64,000 bases of DNA from an uncultured Acidobacteriota bacterium (GTDB lineage: Bacteria > Acidobacteriota > Thermoanaerobaculia > UBA5066): NCBI GenBank assembly GCA_963779415.1, contig CAVZYA010000001.1:448001-512000 (forward strand), in the 5' to 3' direction. The notes under the pieces are model-generated. The model saw only the letters and a list, made by a program, of their open reading frames with translations. It was not told the DNA's origin and made no database searches. This document shows positions 19,975 to 28,002 of the stretch, piece by piece; the stretch's first letter is position 1; each line of letters starts with the position of its first letter. Both the position numbers and the translations under genes were made by a program.

Positions 19975-20615
19975 GAGAGGATCCAGAGCATCCCGTGAAG
20001 GACGAGGTTGCTGACGGGAATCATGATCATGCGAAGAACTCCGGTGAACATCGCGACGAAGAGAATGAGGAACCCGTACCGCCGGAGCCAGGTGAGCGCC
20101 GGGTAGAGGCTCGGCGGCGCGAGGCTCTCGACGACCCCGAAGCCGTCGAGCGGCGGGATCGGGATCAGGTTGAAGACGCCGAGCGAGACGTTGACGACGA
20201 GGGCGGCCACCGCCACCTCGAAAATGCCGCTCCCCCGCTGTGTCCCGGCGGCCACCAGCCCCTTCAGAACGACCGCCGCTACGACGGCGAGAAGGAGGTT
20301 CGCGACGGGGCCGATCGCGGAGATCAGGAGATTCGCCCGCCGCGGGTTCGGAACGCCCCGGAGCGAGATCGGAACCGGGCGCGCCCAGCCGAAAACGGGA
20401 AGGCCGGAGATTGCCAGCAGGACCGGGAAGAGCAGGCTCCCGATCGGATCGAGGTGCTTGAGGGGGTTCAGGGTGATCCGCCCGAGGTCGCGCGCCGTCG
20501 TGTCCCCGCAGCGCAGGGCCATCCAGCCGTGAGCCGACTCGTGGAACGACACGGCGAACAGGAGAACGGCGATCTGGGTGACGATCTCGAGAACCTTCTC
20601 GGGGCTCAACGGCAC
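19971..20615 (-). CDS. Site-2 protease family (M50) membrane metalloprotease
   Basis: HESAH zinc motif, LNPLKHLDP, GPVAN, FNLIPIPPLDG. Confidence 0.93.
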   Translation of the reverse strand: MPLSPEKVLEIVTQIAVLLFAVSFHESAHGWMALRCGDTTARDLGRITLNPLKHLDPIGSLLFPVLLAISGLPVFGWARPVPISLRGVPNPRRANLLISAIGPVANLLLAVVAAVVLKGLVAAGTQRGSGIFEVAVAALVVNVSLGVFNLIPIPPLDGFGVVESLAPPSLYPALTWLRRYGFLILFVAMFTGVLRMIMIPVSNLVLHGMLWILS

Positions 20616-20648
20616 TCCCCCGCGGCGGCCTCCCGGCGCGGCGCGCGG

Positions 20649-20657
20649 ATGTTAGCA
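20649..20657 (-). promoter_or_regulatory. Extended -10 element upstream of the M50-trpS-scpAB operon
   Basis: Minus strand TGcTAACAT about 35 nt upstream of the GTG start, followed by GGGAGG. Confidence 0.45.
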
Positions 20658-20708
20658 GGGGGTCGCCGACCTCACGGGCTCAGGACGGAGCCGGGGCACG
20701 CGGCGACG

Positions 20709-21833
20709 TTAGAACATGTAGATCGCGTTCAGCGCCACCGTCGGCTGCGTCTTCGACGTCTCTCCCCCCTTCTTCTCGAAAACGGGCCTGTCGGACCAGT
20801 CGATGCGGAGATCCGACCGGAACATGAAGTGACGGGAGACTTTCAGCTCCGGCGTCAGCGTGACCTCCTTCAGCTTCTGGGAGACGCCCGTCCGCGCTCC
20901 CTCCGGGTCGGCGAAATACTCGCCGCGAAGGCAGAGAGCGAAGAGCCCGCTCACCCCGAGGCGCGCGTAGCCGACGATGCCGGTCCAGGTGGCGAGCTCG
21001 CCGGGGACGACCGCCCCCCTTTCCGTCCCGTAAACGAGGTCGAGGCCGAAGACGGTCCGGTCGGAAAGCTTCCACTGCGCGACCAGCTCCCAGACCGTCC
21101 GTGGATCGCTGTTGACGTCCGTCCGTTCGGGTCCGGTGCAGAAATTCCCCGTCACAGACAGCAATCTGGAGGGCGTCCATGCGACCTGGCCCCCGACCGT
21201 CTTGGACGAGTTGTTGTCCTTCACGTTGTCCCAGCCGTTCGCGAGCATGACCATCCCCGCGAGCTGCTCGCTGAATGCGTAGCTCGCCCTGAGGCCGGTG
21301 TGCGTGTAGGGAATGGCGTAGCCGAAGGTGAACGAGTGGGTCGCGTTGTCGTTCGGCGTCTCCCACGACTCGATGTACTCGTAGTTGAAGTGCGTGATGG
21401 TCTTCCCGGCGTCGACTCTGAGGCCGCTCCCGAGGGGGATGACGTACGTCACGAAGACCTGCTTCAGGTCGAAGTCCTCCCCCTGAAAAAGCCCGTAGGA
21501 GGCCGATACGGGGGGGATCGAAGCCCCGGCCTCCGCGTCGACGCGGAAGCCGGCCTCTCCCGGATTCGTGGCCGCCTTCTGGAAGGTCAGCTCGGCGACG
21601 TCGATCTTGAAGGAGTTGTCGTCGAAGTCGAAGACGCGGTACTGGTTCGTCCGGGAGTCAGGACGGTTCGTGTTGTATGAATAGGAGACCGAGACGAAGC
21701 CGTTCAGAGCGATCTCGTCGTACCACGGGGTCGGCGTCGGCGCCGGGGACGGAGCCTGTGCCGCAACCGGTTCGGCGGCGAATATGGCGACCAGGAACGC
21801 GAGGAAAAGAGCGTTCCTCGGTCGGGAGATCAT
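20709..21833 (-). CDS. Outer-membrane beta-barrel protein (putative porin, BBP2/DUF3138-like)
   Basis: Signal peptide, alternating amphipathic beta-strands, GLRASY, NGWD, LRGEY, C-terminal Y-x-F BAM signal. Confidence 0.8.
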   Translation of the reverse strand: MISRPRNALFLAFLVAIFAAEPVAAQAPSPAPTPTPWYDEIALNGFVSVSYSYNTNRPDSRTNQYRVFDFDDNSFKIDVAELTFQKAATNPGEAGFRVDAEAGASIPPVSASYGLFQGEDFDLKQVFVTYVIPLGSGLRVDAGKTITHFNYEYIESWETPNDNATHSFTFGYAIPYTHTGLRASYAFSEQLAGMVMLANGWDNVKDNNSSKTVGGQVAWTPSRLLSVTGNFCTGPERTDVNSDPRTVWELVAQWKLSDRTVFGLDLVYGTERGAVVPGELATWTGIVGYARLGVSGLFALCLRGEYFADPEGARTGVSQKLKEVTLTPELKVSRHFMFRSDLRIDWSDRPVFEKKGGETSKTQPTVALNAIYMF

Positions 21834-21898
21834 CGGGAGACTCCTTGCAGAAGTGGCCCTCCGGGGAGGGTCCCGTGGAGACGCTTGCCGGCGGGACG

Positions 21899-22264
21899 CT
21901 AGCTTCTCTGGACGACGTGGATCGGCGTGACCGCCTCGCGGTCGGTCTCCCCCGTCCGGATCCTCACGACCTTCTCGACGGGCGTCACGAAGATCTTCCC
22001 GTCTCCGACCTGGCCTGTCCGGGCCGCCTTCACGATGGCCTCGATCGTGATGTCGACGAAGGACTCCGACACCCCGATGTCGAACCGGATCTTGTCGTGA
22101 AACTCGTAGACGAGAGGGTGGCCCCGGTAGCTCTCGAGCACCGTCTTCTCGCCGCCGTGCCCGGAGACCCGGCTGATCGTCAGCCCCTCCACTTCGGCGG
22201 CGAAGAGCGCGGCCTTCACGTCTTCCAGCTTCTCGGGCCGGACGATCGCGGTGATCATCTTCAT
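21899..22264 (-). CDS. glnK: P-II family nitrogen regulator
   Basis: ITAIVRPEKL, YRG, TGQVGDGKIFV, RIRTGE; directly downstream of amt. Confidence 0.92.
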   Translation of the reverse strand: MKMITAIVRPEKLEDVKAALFAAEVEGLTISRVSGHGGEKTVLESYRGHPLVYEFHDKIRFDIGVSESFVDITIEAIVKAARTGQVGDGKIFVTPVEKVVRIRTGETDREAVTPIHVVQRS

Positions 22265-22277
22265 GGGGCTCCTCCTC

Positions 22278-23866
22278 TCACTTGCCGCCGGCCGGGGCCG
22301 GCTTCAGGCCGGCCGCCGGAACCGTGGCGCTCATGCTCGCGAAGACGGGGAAATGAACCGGAGACCCCTCGCCGGGATAGGCCGGCGCCGACACTTCGTT
22401 GTAGTCGAGCCCCTGAAGCTCCTGCTCCGGCGACACCCGCATCCCGACCGTGAGGTCGAGGAGCTTGAAGAGGGCGTAGCTGGCGAGGCCGACCCACAGG
22501 AGGTTCGCGCCGATCCCGATGATCTGGGCGGCGAGCTGCTTCGCGTCTCCGTAGAGAAGCCCCGCCACGCCGGCCTCCGGCCCTCCGTTCAGGCCTCCGC
22601 CGTACGTTCCGTCCGCAAAGAGGCCGAGAGCGATGAGGCCCCACGCCCCGTTGAAGCCATGAACGGCGATCGCGCCGACGGGGTCGTCGATCTTCAGCGT
22701 GTTCTCGACGAAGAGGGCGGCCCAGACGACGAGGACGCCGGCGACGGCCCCGATGAGAACGGCTGCCGGCGCAGTGACGAAGGCGCAGGGAGCCGTAATG
22801 GCGACGAGCCCCGCGAGCATTCCGTTGACGCTCATCGAGGGATCGGGCCGGCCGTACTTCTTCCACGTGACGAGAAACGCGAGAAAGGCGCCCGCGGCGG
22901 AAGCCAGCATCGTGTTCGTGGCGACGACGGAGATCCGGAGATCCGTTCCGGCGAGAGTCGAGCCGGCGTTGAACCCGAACCAGCCGAAGGCGAGGACGAA
23001 GCAGCCGAGGACGGCCATGGGGAGGTTGTGACCGGGAATGGCCTGCGCCTGGCCCTTGACGTATTTCCCCATTCGGGGCCCGAGGACGAGCGCCCCCGTG
23101 AACGCCATGACGCCACCGGTCAGATGAACGACGCCGGAGCCCGCGAAGTCGACGTACCCGTGCCCGAGCCCTGCGAACTTGCCGAGCGTCGATAGCCAGC
23201 CGCCGCCCCACGCCCAGCAGCCGAAGAGCGGGTAGATGAGCGCCGACGCGACGAGGCTGTAGATGACGAAAGCCGAGAGCTTCCACCGTTCCGCCATGGC
23301 GCCCGTCGGGATCGTGAGGGCCGTGTCCATGAAGACCATCTGGAAGAGAAAGATGCAGAACGCCGACACGTCGTAGGCCGGGCCGGTCAGGAAGAATCCC
23401 TTCCCCCGAAGAGCCCCCAGAGGTTTCCCGCGATCGTCGGCCCGAGGAGGGTCGCGAGCCCTTCCGGCGCCGACACCGACGCTCCGATCGGAGCGCCCGA
23501 TCCTCCCATCTGCAGAGCGAAGCCCGCCGCCCAGAAGCCCAGGATGCCGAGCGCGTAGACCATGAAGTTCATCGTCATCGTGTGGGCCGCGTTCTTGGCC
23601 CGCGTGAATCCCGTCTCCGCGAGCGCGAATCCGGCCTGCATGAACATGACGAGGAAGCCGGCGACGAGCGTCCAGACGAAGTTCAGCGAGACGCGCGTCT
23701 GCCCGACGGCCGCCCCGATCTCCTCGAGGGTCGGCTTTCCGGCCACCTTCGCGGGAACGTTGGCGATACCACCGGTATTCGCCCCGGACGGGTCGGAAGC
23801 CAGGACCGCCCACGTCGTCGCCAGCAATCCGAACAGGACCAGCGCCGGTAACAGTTTCCGTCTCAT
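22278..23866 (-). CDS. amt: Ammonium transporter Amt, with a -1 frameshift in a G run at ~23405
   Basis: VMFMQAGFA, FLFQMVF, GAMAER, DFAGSGVVH, GWFGFNAGS, GLVAITA, DDPVGAIAVHG. Adding one G restores LFGGKGFFL. Confidence 0.93.
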
Positions 23867-24039
23867 ACGTCGATACTCCTTTCGGCGGCGAGCACGCCGG
23901 CGTTGCGCGCCGAGGAGCAGAAGGCGTGCCGGACCAGCGGTCTCCGGGAGATCGACACGGAAGTCGCTGGGCCCTCTCGCGTTGAGTCTCCGAGAAAGGG
24001 AGGGGCCTCGAAGAAGATACCAGACAGAATTGTCGCCTT

Positions 24040-24080
24040 GAAATGGCTCTTCGCCATTTCTGTATGATATTTTCGAAAAT
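24040..24080. promoter_or_regulatory. Candidate operator region upstream of amt (two inverted repeats in an AT-rich patch)
   Basis: GAAATGGC-N5-GCCATTTC at 24040-24060 and palindrome ATTTTCGAAAAT at 24069-24080, flanking a minus-strand TATCAT. Confidence 0.55.
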
Positions 24081-24096
24081 CAGAACATTTCTGTCG

Positions 24097-26199
24097 TTAA
24101 TCAGCCGGTGGCAGAGCCGAGGCGCTGAGGAAGAGCGGGGCGCGGAACGCGGCGTCCTCGCCGGATGCGATGAGGCGCGCCGCCTCCTTCCGCGCCACTT
24201 GAAGGAGCGCCCCGTCCCGGACGAGGTCGGCCACCCGGAAGAGCGGAAGGCCGCTCTGCCGCGTCCCGAGGAAGTCGCCCGGCCCCCTCCGCGCGAGGTC
24301 TTCCTCGGCCACGACGAAGCCGTCCTCCGTCCTCTCGAGGACGGCGAGACGCTCGCGAGACTCGGCCGAGGTCGTGCGCCCGAAGAGGAAGACGCAGCGG
24401 GACGGCCTCGGCCCCCGTCCGACGCGCCCCCGGAGCTGGTGGAGCTGGGCGAGGCCGAAGCGCTCGGCATTCTCGACGGCCATGTAGGAGGCGTTCGTCA
24501 CGTCGACCCCGACCTCGATGACGGTCGTCGCGGCGAGGATGTCGAGCGTCCCGGCGGCAAAGGCCGCCATGGCGGTCTCGCGCTCCTCCGCGGGCATCCG
24601 CCCGTGGACGACCCCGACGCGCCGGCCGGGGAGAGCACGCCGGATCTCCTCCGCGTGCTTCTCGACGGCCGCCGCCTCGATGACGTCCGACTCCTCGATC
24701 AGCGGCACGACGACGTACGCCTGGCCGCCGCCCGCCACCTCGGCTGCGATCTCGGCGAAGACCCTCTTCCGCTCGGACTCCGGGAGAACCCGCGTCGCCA
24801 CCGGGGTCCGCCCCGGCGGCTTCTCGTCGAGAGTCGAGACGTCGAGGTCCCCGTAGAGCGTCAGAGCGAGGGAGCGCGGGATCGGGGTGGCCGACATGAC
24901 GAGGAGGTGCGGAACGACTCCCCCGTCGCCGGACGCCTTCGCCGCGAGAGCAGACCGTTGCGCGACGCCGAAACGGTGCTGCTCGTCGATGACGATCAGT
25001 CCGAGGCGATGGAACGCCACCGGCGCTTCGAGGAGGGCATGCGTCCCGACGAGGAGGTCGATCCGTCCGCCGGCGAGCTGGTCGAGGAGCGTGGCCCGGG
25101 GACGACCGCGGACGCGTCCGGTCAGGAGCGCCGGGACGAATCGCGTCCCCCGGAGCCGCTCGAAGACCTGCCGTGCGTGCTGCTCGGCGAGAAGCTCCGT
25201 CGGCGCCATGAAGACCGTCTGGTAGCCGTGTTCCGCCGCGAGGACCGCCGCGAGGACGGCGACGATCGTCTTGCCGCTCCCGACGTCTCCCTGAAGGAGC
25301 CGCCGCATCGGGCGCCCCGACCGGAAGTCTTCCCCGATCTCCCGGATCGCGCGCCGCTGGGCGCCGGTGAGGGAAAAAGGCAATACCGCGCGGAGCCGCT
25401 CGCGGATCGCCTCGTCCGGGACGAGCCGGGGCCCCGCCACGGCGGAGCGCTCGGCGCGTCTCCGGAGGAGCGCGACCTGAAGCTCGAGAAACTCCTCGAG
25501 GACGAGGCGGGAGAGATGCGGCGAGGTCCGGTCCAAGAAGGGCTCCGGCTCGGCCGGTGCGCCCGTGCTTCCCGGGAAGTGGGCTTCGCGGAGCGAAGCC
25601 GGGAGCGGAGGGAGCCTCAGGCTTCGGGCGAGATCGGGAGGCATCCGGTCCGGCAGACGGTCCCCCAGCTCGTCGAGGAGCCGTGCGGCGAGGCGTCTGC
25701 GGGCTCGGGGCGGCAGGCCGGGGAGCTTCCGGTAGATCGGAACCACGCGCCCGACCGAGAGCGGATCTCCCTCTCCGTCGTCCGCCTCGTACTGGGGGTT
25801 CATCAGGACGAGGCCGCGCTTTCCCCGCGCCGGCACCTCCGGCCTCCCGAAGACCCAGACCCGGCGGCCCGCCGTCAGGACGCGCGCGAGGTAGGGCTGG
25901 TTGAAGAAGACGAGCCGGATGGAGCCGGTCCCGTCGTCGAGGAGCGCCTCGAAGATCGTGAAGCCGGGGCGCCGGGTCCGGATGAGCCGCGCGGAGAGAA
26001 TCGTTCCGTAAAGCGTCGCCGGCGGTGCTTCCGCCGAGAGGTCGCGGATCGGGACGGAGCGCGTCCGGTCCTCGTAGCGGAACGGCAGGTGCAGGAGAAG
26101 GTCGAGGGCCGTCTCGACGCCCGCGGCCGAGAGTTCCTTCGCCGTCCGGGCCGTGACGCCCGGGAGCTTCGCGACCGGCTCGAGGGGCGAGAGGTCGAT
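24097..26199 (-). CDS. recG: ATP-dependent DNA helicase RecG
   Basis: LHLPFRYEDR wedge-domain start is in frame with LLQGDVGSGKT, DEQHRFG, MSATPIPR, QLRGRVGR. The frame is open up to ATC 26199 with no upstream ATG, GTG or TTG. Confidence 0.95.
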   Translation of the reverse strand: MDLSPLEPVAKLPGVTARTAKELSAAGVETALDLLLHLPFRYEDRTRSVPIRDLSAEAPPATLYGTILSARLIRTRRPGFTIFEALLDDGTGSIRLVFFNQPYLARVLTAGRRVWVFGRPEVPARGKRGLVLMNPQYEADDGEGDPLSVGRVVPIYRKLPGLPPRARRRLAARLLDELGDRLPDRMPPDLARSLRLPPLPASLREAHFPGSTGAPAEPEPFLDRTSPHLSRLVLEEFLELQVALLRRRAERSAVAGPRLVPDEAIRERLRAVLPFSLTGAQRRAIREIGEDFRSGRPMRRLLQGDVGSGKTIVAVLAAVLAAEHGYQTVFMAPTELLAEQHARQVFERLRGTRFVPALLTGRVRGRPRATLLDQLAGGRIDLLVGTHALLEAPVAFHRLGLIVIDEQHRFGVAQRSALAAKASGDGGVVPHLLVMSATPIPRSLALTLYGDLDVSTLDEKPPGRTPVATRVLPESERKRVFAEIAAEVAGGGQAYVVVPLIEESDVIEAAAVEKHAEEIRRALPGRRVGVVHGRMPAEERETAMAAFAAGTLDILAATTVIEVGVDVTNASYMAVENAERFGLAQLHQLRGRVGRGPRPSRCVFLFGRTTSAESRERLAVLERTEDGFVVAEEDLARRGPGDFLGTRQSGLPLFRVADLVRDGALLQVARKEAARLIASGEDAAFRAPLFLSASALPPAD

Positions 26200-26206
26200 G
26201 GGCGCC

Positions 26207-26995
26207 CTAGCCGCGCTTGGCGCGGAACGTCATGTCGACGAGGCCGAATCGGAGGCGGTCGCCGTCCTTGATCGTGGCCGGCTGTCCCGTCTGGATCCGC
26301 GCTCCGTTCACGAAGGTCCCGTTCATCGTCCCGATCTCCTCGACGACGAAGAAGCTGGACCCCGACCGCGTGATCTTGGCGTGCCGGCGCGAGACCGACC
26401 GCTGGTTGTCGAGCGGCGCCAGATCGACGTCGGGCCGGATCCCGGTGACCGGGTCGATCCGGCCGACCGTCGTCTCGTCCTCGCTCGAGAGAAAGAACTC
26501 CTCCCCCGACTCCGCCACGACGCGATGCGTCCGGTGTTTCCCCGAGCCCGATGCGGACGCGACCGAGACCTCCGACGCCTCGTCGAGGGCGGGGGCCATC
26601 CCGGTCGTCTCCTCGAGCAGCTTCGTCATCTCCCGGAGGCGTCGCGAGAGCTTGCGCAGCATCCGGACGGCGATCTCCGTGTTGTGTCGGAGCATCTCGT
26701 CGAAGGTCGACTGGCCGATCTTGATCAGCTCGCAGTCGGTCTTCGCCCGTGCCGTCGCCGAGCGAGGCACGTCCTCCAGAATCGACATCTCGCCGAAGAA
26801 GTCCCCCTTCTCGAGGGTGGCGAGGACCTTCAGGTCGTTCTTGCGCGTCTTCTTGACGAGCTCCACGGTCCCCGACTGGATGACGAACATCTCGGAGCCG
26901 AGGTCGCCTTCCTCGAAGACCACCTGCCCCGCGGCGACCTTGGCCTGGAAATCCTGGAACCCGGACGGCTGGCCGGACTTGAGGACGACTTTCAC
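26207..26995 (-). CDS. Cyclic-nucleotide-binding (CAP-type) domain plus FHA domain protein
   Basis: VVFEEGD, GDFFGEMSILEDVPRSATA (cNMP cassette); VGR, SVSRRHA, TMNGTFVNG (FHA). No HTH. Confidence 0.88.
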   Translation of the reverse strand: MKVVLKSGQPSGFQDFQAKVAAGQVVFEEGDLGSEMFVIQSGTVELVKKTRKNDLKVLATLEKGDFFGEMSILEDVPRSATARAKTDCELIKIGQSTFDEMLRHNTEIAVRMLRKLSRRLREMTKLLEETTGMAPALDEASEVSVASASGSGKHRTHRVVAESGEEFFLSSEDETTVGRIDPVTGIRPDVDLAPLDNQRSVSRRHAKITRSGSSFFVVEEIGTMNGTFVNGARIQTGQPATIKDGDRLRFGLVDMTFRAKRG

Positions 26996-27101
26996 GCGAC
27001 GATCTCCATACCGCGCAGTTTAGCCAATCGCCCGGCGACCCGGAGCGTCACGAGCCTCCGGTCGATCCGGCATGCCTCGGGCCTCGGGCGGCGAAGCGGC
27101 A

Positions 27102-27557
27102 TCAGGAGATCCGGTTCTTCGGGTCACTGAACCAGCGCTCCCAGTCGGCGAGGCCGAGCGACGGAGCCGGCTTCTCGGCGCGCCCTTCCGGCGACGAGGC
27201 GAGGCGCGCCGAAGCGTCGCTCGCGAAAAATCCGATTCCGGCCGTCCGGGCGCCGGCCGACGCGGCCTCGGTCGCCAGGATCCGGTCGTCCGTGACGACG
27301 GTGACGCCGCGAGGATCCCGCGCCTCGCGGATCCGGCGGATGATCTCCTCGTCGGCCGATCGAGGCGCGGCGAAGACGACGGTGACGTTTCCGAACGACT
27401 GTACCTTGGGACGCCCCGGGTCCGGCGGCCCGTCGAAGACGACGGTCAGGTTCTTCCGCTTCCGGCGGGCCACGTCGCACAGCTCCGAGACGAGCCCGTC
27501 CCGGCTCCCGCCTCCCAGCCGTCCGATCAGGTTGTTGCCGTCGACGAGATCCGCCAC
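27102..27557 (-). CDS. NYN domain ribonuclease (YacP/Rae1-like)
   Basis: LVDGNNL, VVFDG, SADEEI, VVTDDR give the acidic tetrad typical of NYN/PIN folds. Confidence 0.8.
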   Translation of the reverse strand: MADLVDGNNLIGRLGGGSRDGLVSELCDVARRKRKNLTVVFDGPPDPGRPKVQSFGNVTVVFAAPRSADEEIIRRIREARDPRGVTVVTDDRILATEAASAGARTAGIGFFASDASARLASSPEGRAEKPAPSLGLADWERWFSDPKNRIS

Positions 27558-27576
27558 GGGGAGGATTCTAAAGAAA

Positions 27577-27984
27577 GGACCCGGGCCGGACGGTAAGCCG
27601 GATTCCGTCGCCGGTCGGCTCGCGCCTTCCGGCTGGCGATCATTCCTCCAGGCCCTCCCTTCCGGGAGGGCTCAAGCGGCCTACCCGGCGACGTCGGCCT
27701 CGCGGCCGCGGGAGCGGGCGTCCCTGCCGTCGCCCTATTTGGCCTTGCTCCGCGTGGGGTTTGGCCTGCCAGCGCCGTTGCCGGTGCCGCGGTGCGCTCT
27801 TACCGCACCTTTTCACCCTTGCCCCGGCGCCCGAAGGCGCCGTGGCGGTATCTTTTCTGTGCCACTTTCCTTCGGGTTGCCCCGACCGGGATTTCCCCGG
27901 CACGCTGCCCGCTGGAGTCCGGACTTTCCTCCCCTCCTCTGGCCGAAGCCTCGGGAGCGGCGATCGCCTGTCCGGCCCGAGTCC
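27577..27984 (-). ncRNA. rnpB: RNase P RNA (bacterial type A)
   Basis: GAGGAAAGTCCGGACTCC, AAGTGGCACAGAAA, GGTGAAAAGGTGCGGTAAGAGCGCACC, GCAAGGCCAAATAG, GACGGAATCCGGCTTAC. The ends pair as P1 (GGACTCGGGCCGGAC / GTCCGGCCCGGGTCC), followed by a T-rich run; TATCCT -10 box at 27995-27990. Confidence 0.97.
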
Positions 27985-28002
27985 CTGCGAGGATACGCTC
28001 CT

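Noticed and set aside
23395-23415. Phase variation of amt at a G tract
   Set aside because: The run is only 5 G, too short for a typical contingency locus; a homopolymer deletion error is more likely.
25830-25860. Frameshift or truncation at the recG N-terminus
   Set aside because: Manual translation shows the frame is continuous to 26199; the ORF track only lacks a canonical start.
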